A DNA stretch of 63,870 nt, counting the filler, from Halocafeteria seosinensis (lineage: Eukaryota): NCBI GenBank assembly GCA_001687465.1. It is 8 parts of 8 records of this genome, joined end to end, with 100 filler letters (N's around TTAATTAATTAA, not from the genome) between each part and the next. Parts side by side here need not be neighbours in the genome. Positions count along the whole stretch, not along the records: positions 55,129 to 60,547 come from LVLI01000022.1; positions 60,648 to 62,707 come from LVLI01000024.1; positions 62,808 to 63,870 come from LVLI01000032.1; 5 more parts are not named here. One strand, written 5' to 3'. Positions 60,158-63,870 of the stretch are shown in pieces. The translations under genes were made by a program, and so were the position numbers. Below the pieces are notes generated by a model, which worked only from the letters and a program-made list of their open reading frames with translations, was not told the origin of the DNA and did not search any database. How positions within the stretch are numbered: position 1 is the first letter of the stretch; each line of letters opens with the position of its first letter.

Positions 60158-60510
60158 AGACGGTCCTGTCAGAAACACACTGGGGGGCACTGTCCCACCT
60201 CCCACTCCCACTCCCACTCCCATCCCACGGGCTTAGCGCCCGGATCTCCGGGCTTGGAGCCCGGTCAACAAACAACCACCTAGACGCTGATGCAGCCGAT
60301 AACATTTCTCTCTATCATCCGATCTTCGTTATAGCTTTAAGACGGTCCGGTCAGAAATACACTAGGGACACTGTCCCACCTCCCACACCCATCCGGGCGC
60401 AAAGATCTCCGGGCTTGGAGCCCGGATGCTTATGCTTTCAAACAGTCGCCTAGATGCTGATGCAGCTGATATTACCATTTCGCTCCATCATCCAAACTGC
60501 GTTACAGCTC
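60158..60510. repeat. Two diverged tandem units (period 182) each with a GC hairpin
   Basis: AGACGGTCC.GTCAGAAA at 60158 and 60340; CCGGGCT-TGG-AGCCCGG in both. Confidence 0.85.
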
Positions 60511-60647
60511 AATTGACTTGCGTAAATCGAACGAGACTCCCGGTGGGNNNNNNNNNNNNNNNNNNNNNNNNNNNNNNNNNNNNNNNNNNNNTTAATTAAT
60601 TAANNNNNNNNNNNNNNNNNNNNNNNNNNNNNNNNNNNNNNNNNNNN

Positions 60648-62707
60648 CTTCTCAGTTGACAAAAATGTACGTGTAGCGAGTTGAAGAGACGACATTCCAT
60701 TAAGACTAAACTGTTCTTCAGCGGCAACGTCTGCTAAATTTGTGTTCCAGGCGACTGTGGAATCACCTTCCATTACCACAGTGTGACCCTCTAGTCGAAT
60801 ACTTCCCGTACTTGTGCGAGTAGAGATATCCAGATGGGAGCGATCTCTTGTGGATAGATATTCGAATCCCATTTCGACAGATTCCTGAACGTCTAACGCA
60901 CAGAGGCTGGTGCCAGTCAGCAAAAGTTGAGAAACGGTTAGGTCGAGGTGTTCAAAGCCTTGAATATTAAACGTTGAATTGGATACTTTGAGGACCTCCA
61001 GCGGAAAGGATGCGTTCGAGTTGCTGTAGTCATCGAAACTGCTTGTCTTGTTCAACATCGATCCTGCCGATATGGTCAGGTTACGAACACCTGTTAAAGT
61101 TCCCTGAATGTGCATTTCCACCGCATATAGAGTCACATTATCGGTTCCCTCATTGATACGCAGTACTGCCGCAGGTGCTACATCTACATCCATTGCGACT
61201 GTCCAGGAATGGGGTTGTACTGGTTCATACGAATCTTCGGGAAACGGCAGTCTAGCGGCTACACTGTGATTTGTACTGCTTGTGAAACGGGTAACCGAAG
61301 GTGTCAAATGGGCGACTGACCCGCTAACCACCTCTACCAATTGCCCATCAGCTACATATAAGTGGCCCGTTAGGTCCCCTTGTAACCGATTAATGACTAT
61401 TGGGTTGTGTGCTGCCCGTGGCAAGTGCCATCCGACCCTTCCGTTGCGAATAACGCGAACAGTCCCCAGGTTCAAAGCGCGATCTCGTGTGGATGATACA
61501 AGCGTTTTTCCCTTCCACCTGCAATCCGTACGTTCGTTCCCATTATCAATGATCACGGTACGTGCCATATTCCAGGCGCAGTCGATATACACTGTGCCCG
61601 CACCTGAGCGACGAGAAATTCCTCCATCCCATCCACCATATGCAGTTATCCGGTTTAAGCCGGGCAGCAGATCTGCCGTCGTCCTATTTAATCCAGAGTG
61701 GGTACTCACTGCGCCAAAATAGAATGCGGTCCGACCACCTCCTCCTCCTTCACATACTGTCGGTGCGGTACAATGTGCGTTTCCTCCATCAACAGTAACA
61801 GCACCGCTGAATGCAGTAACAGACTCCGTTTGAAACAGTAAGCTACCCCCTGCACCGCCACCACCGGTAAACCTGCAGAATACTCAAATACATACAGATG
61901 GGTAACAGCTATGTTCTTCACAACAAGTAATTAAAGAAATTAAATTAAAACATACTCAGCACTAGGGGAAACGCCATCAGCATCTTCCCCCGATAAATCA
62001 ATAATACCGTGAAGCTCACTGGTGCCATGAACACTAATCTCTAAGGCACCTCCCCCTGCTGCTTCCCGAGTGTCTGGGTTCAATCCCGTACCACATCCAC
62101 CACTTCCAAGGGATCGAGGATAGAAAGTGTCCCCATACGCCAATCGTTGACCGAGGTCATTTCCGACATCCTCGAAGGATCCAATACCTCCATGACTACC
62201 TCCTCTAAAGGGAAGCGAGGACGGGCTTCCTGGTCCTTCACATGCTTGATACCCGTGCCCTCGACCGAGAATGTATGTTGTTTGGTTGGTAAAAAACTTT
62301 TCAGTTGACAAAAATGTACGTGTAGCGAGTTGAAGAGACGACATTCCATTAAGACTGAACTGTTCTTCAGCGGCAACGTCTGCTAGATTTGTGTTCCAGG
62401 CGACTGTGGAATCACCTTCCATTACCACAGTGTGACCCTCTAGTCGAATACTTCCCGTACTTGTGCGAGTAGAGATATCCAGATGGGAGCGATCTCTTGT
62501 GGATAGATATTCGAATCCCATTTCGACAGATTCCTGAACGTCTAACGCACAGAGGCTGGTGCCAGTCAGCAAAAGTTGAGAAACGGTTAGGTCGAGGTGT
62601 TCAAAGCCTTGAATATTAAACGTTGAATTGGATACTTTGAGGACCTCCAGCGGAAAGGATGCGTTCGAGTTGCTGTAGTCATCGAAACTGCTTGTCTTGT
62701 TCAACAT
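60648..62707 (-). CDS. Internal part of a Gly-rich giant protein built of near-identical 522-aa modules
   Basis: 60648-61058 repeats at 62297-62707 (offset 1649); removing intron 61873-61955 gives one continuous frame; GGSHGG..YG....P..LGSGG motifs as at 37427. Confidence 0.85.
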
Positions 62708-62807
62708 NNNNNNNNNNNNNNNNNNNNNNNNNNNNNNNNNNNNNNNNNNNNTTAATTAATTAANNNNNNNNNNNNNNNNNNNNNNNNNNNNNNNNNNNNN
62801 NNNNNNN

Positions 62808-63646
62808 CATACGGCTGTGCAAAACATAGAGGAGACAACGCCAAGAAAACTGATGCCGATGCGCATAAGCTATGGACGCGTGTACAAGAGGCCAANACGA
62901 AAGAAAATTTCGAGGAGCATTTCGAACGTCTGGTTCTAAGAAACATATTGACTACATAACCAAGATTTCATTAACTCACGAATTTGCCGTTTTGGCGGCA
63001 CAACATACTGGGACGACGACGTTTGGACATAAGACTTCCCAGCTGGTAGAGTCAATGAATGAGGCTGGTAAACCCGCGCGGCGCTCGCACTTTTTCCAAG
63101 CACTGTTGAAACTTGTGCTCATGGAGCGAGAGCGCTTCAGGAAGTACCAAGGAATGGCACTCCAGAATCGCAACCGTCAATTAACCTCAAACGCGAGAGA
63201 AATGCTGGAGGCCGTCAAGAAAGAGGTGGAGGAGCTGCGTCCAAGAGTTGAGCGTCTGAAGCAAAGAACAGTTCAAAGTAGAAACCCGCGAGACTACTCA
63301 CACTGTTAACCTAACGACAATGTCATGTTCATGTGGCGTTCCTGTTGTTGATGGGTTCCCTTGTATTCACGTCGTCGCCGCTTCTCGCCGAGGTGCTCCA
63401 CATATGGCAATTCCAGAATCCCCATTATTCTCTGACGACTACTTCACGAGCGAAAAATGGATACAGCAATACCCTGCCGACGCCAGCGTAGCACTTCCAC
63501 CTGTTAAACCTCCGGGTTCTGGCAGGCCAAGAAAGGCACAGAGGATACTCAGTTCCTTGGAACAGTCCAAAGGTAAAACAGTGACTTGCACAGTATGCAA
63601 AAAGCGAGGGAATAATAAACGTTCTTGTTCTGAACGGCGCTCTTAA
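62808..63646 (+). mobile_element. MULE transposase C-terminal fragment (SWIM + Zn knuckle), frameshifted
   Basis: FGHKTSQLVESMN, CSCG....GFPCIH, PP..K...GRPRK, CTVCKKRGNNKRSC. Confidence 0.85.
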
Positions 63647-63870
63647 GACGGGCAAAGTCGGGAGCCTCTAACAGCTCCTGGTAGGGTTCATCCTTGAGCC
63701 AGACTTTCTCCCCGTTGGCTCCGCGTTCCTCTATTCATCTGCCAGCTTCGTCCGTCTTGGAAGTAGAACGTCTTATGAGGCTTCCAATTCCGTTGCTATT
63801 GAAGGCGATTTTAAGAATATCCATGAATATCTCCACACTTGCAATCCCATCATCCATCCTTTCCTACTAT

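Noticed and set aside
60247..60264. Twister-ribozyme-like CCGG..CCAAGCCCGG on the minus strand
   Set aside because: Forms a simple perfect hairpin; the other twister elements are not conserved in both units.
6321..63646. Stop-codon reassignment to explain broken ORFs
   Set aside because: Breaks are introns or frameshifts in decayed elements; host genes read normally in the standard code and end in TAA, TAG or TGA.

Overview
Eukaryotic (protist-like) genomic DNA with short GT-AG introns. It consists of eight contigs joined by 100-nt N-TTAATTAATTAA-N spacers, so adjacency across gaps is unproven. The window is rich in transposons and surface-protein genes. Mobile elements: a Helitron/Helentron-type Pif1 helicase + RPA70-like segment between direct repeats; up to five Mutator-like (MULE) remnants, two carrying a C-terminal chromodomain; CRE-clade non-LTR retrotransposon pieces, including three 3' ends sharing a (GTTGAA)2 tail next to CA repeats; an RNase HI fragment. 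Host genes: two ~2000-aa mucin-stalk/Cys-rich/multi-TM receptor-like proteins with different N-terminal heads, an expanded GLUG-like repeat family, an ependymin-related protein, a CHASE hybrid histidine kinase with degenerate ATP boxes, Gly-rich giant-protein fragments, a PTP-like fragment, a three-repeat unknown protein, and EBP2 with a candidate intronic box C/D snoRNA. All domain calls come from motif recognition by eye; no database searches were run.
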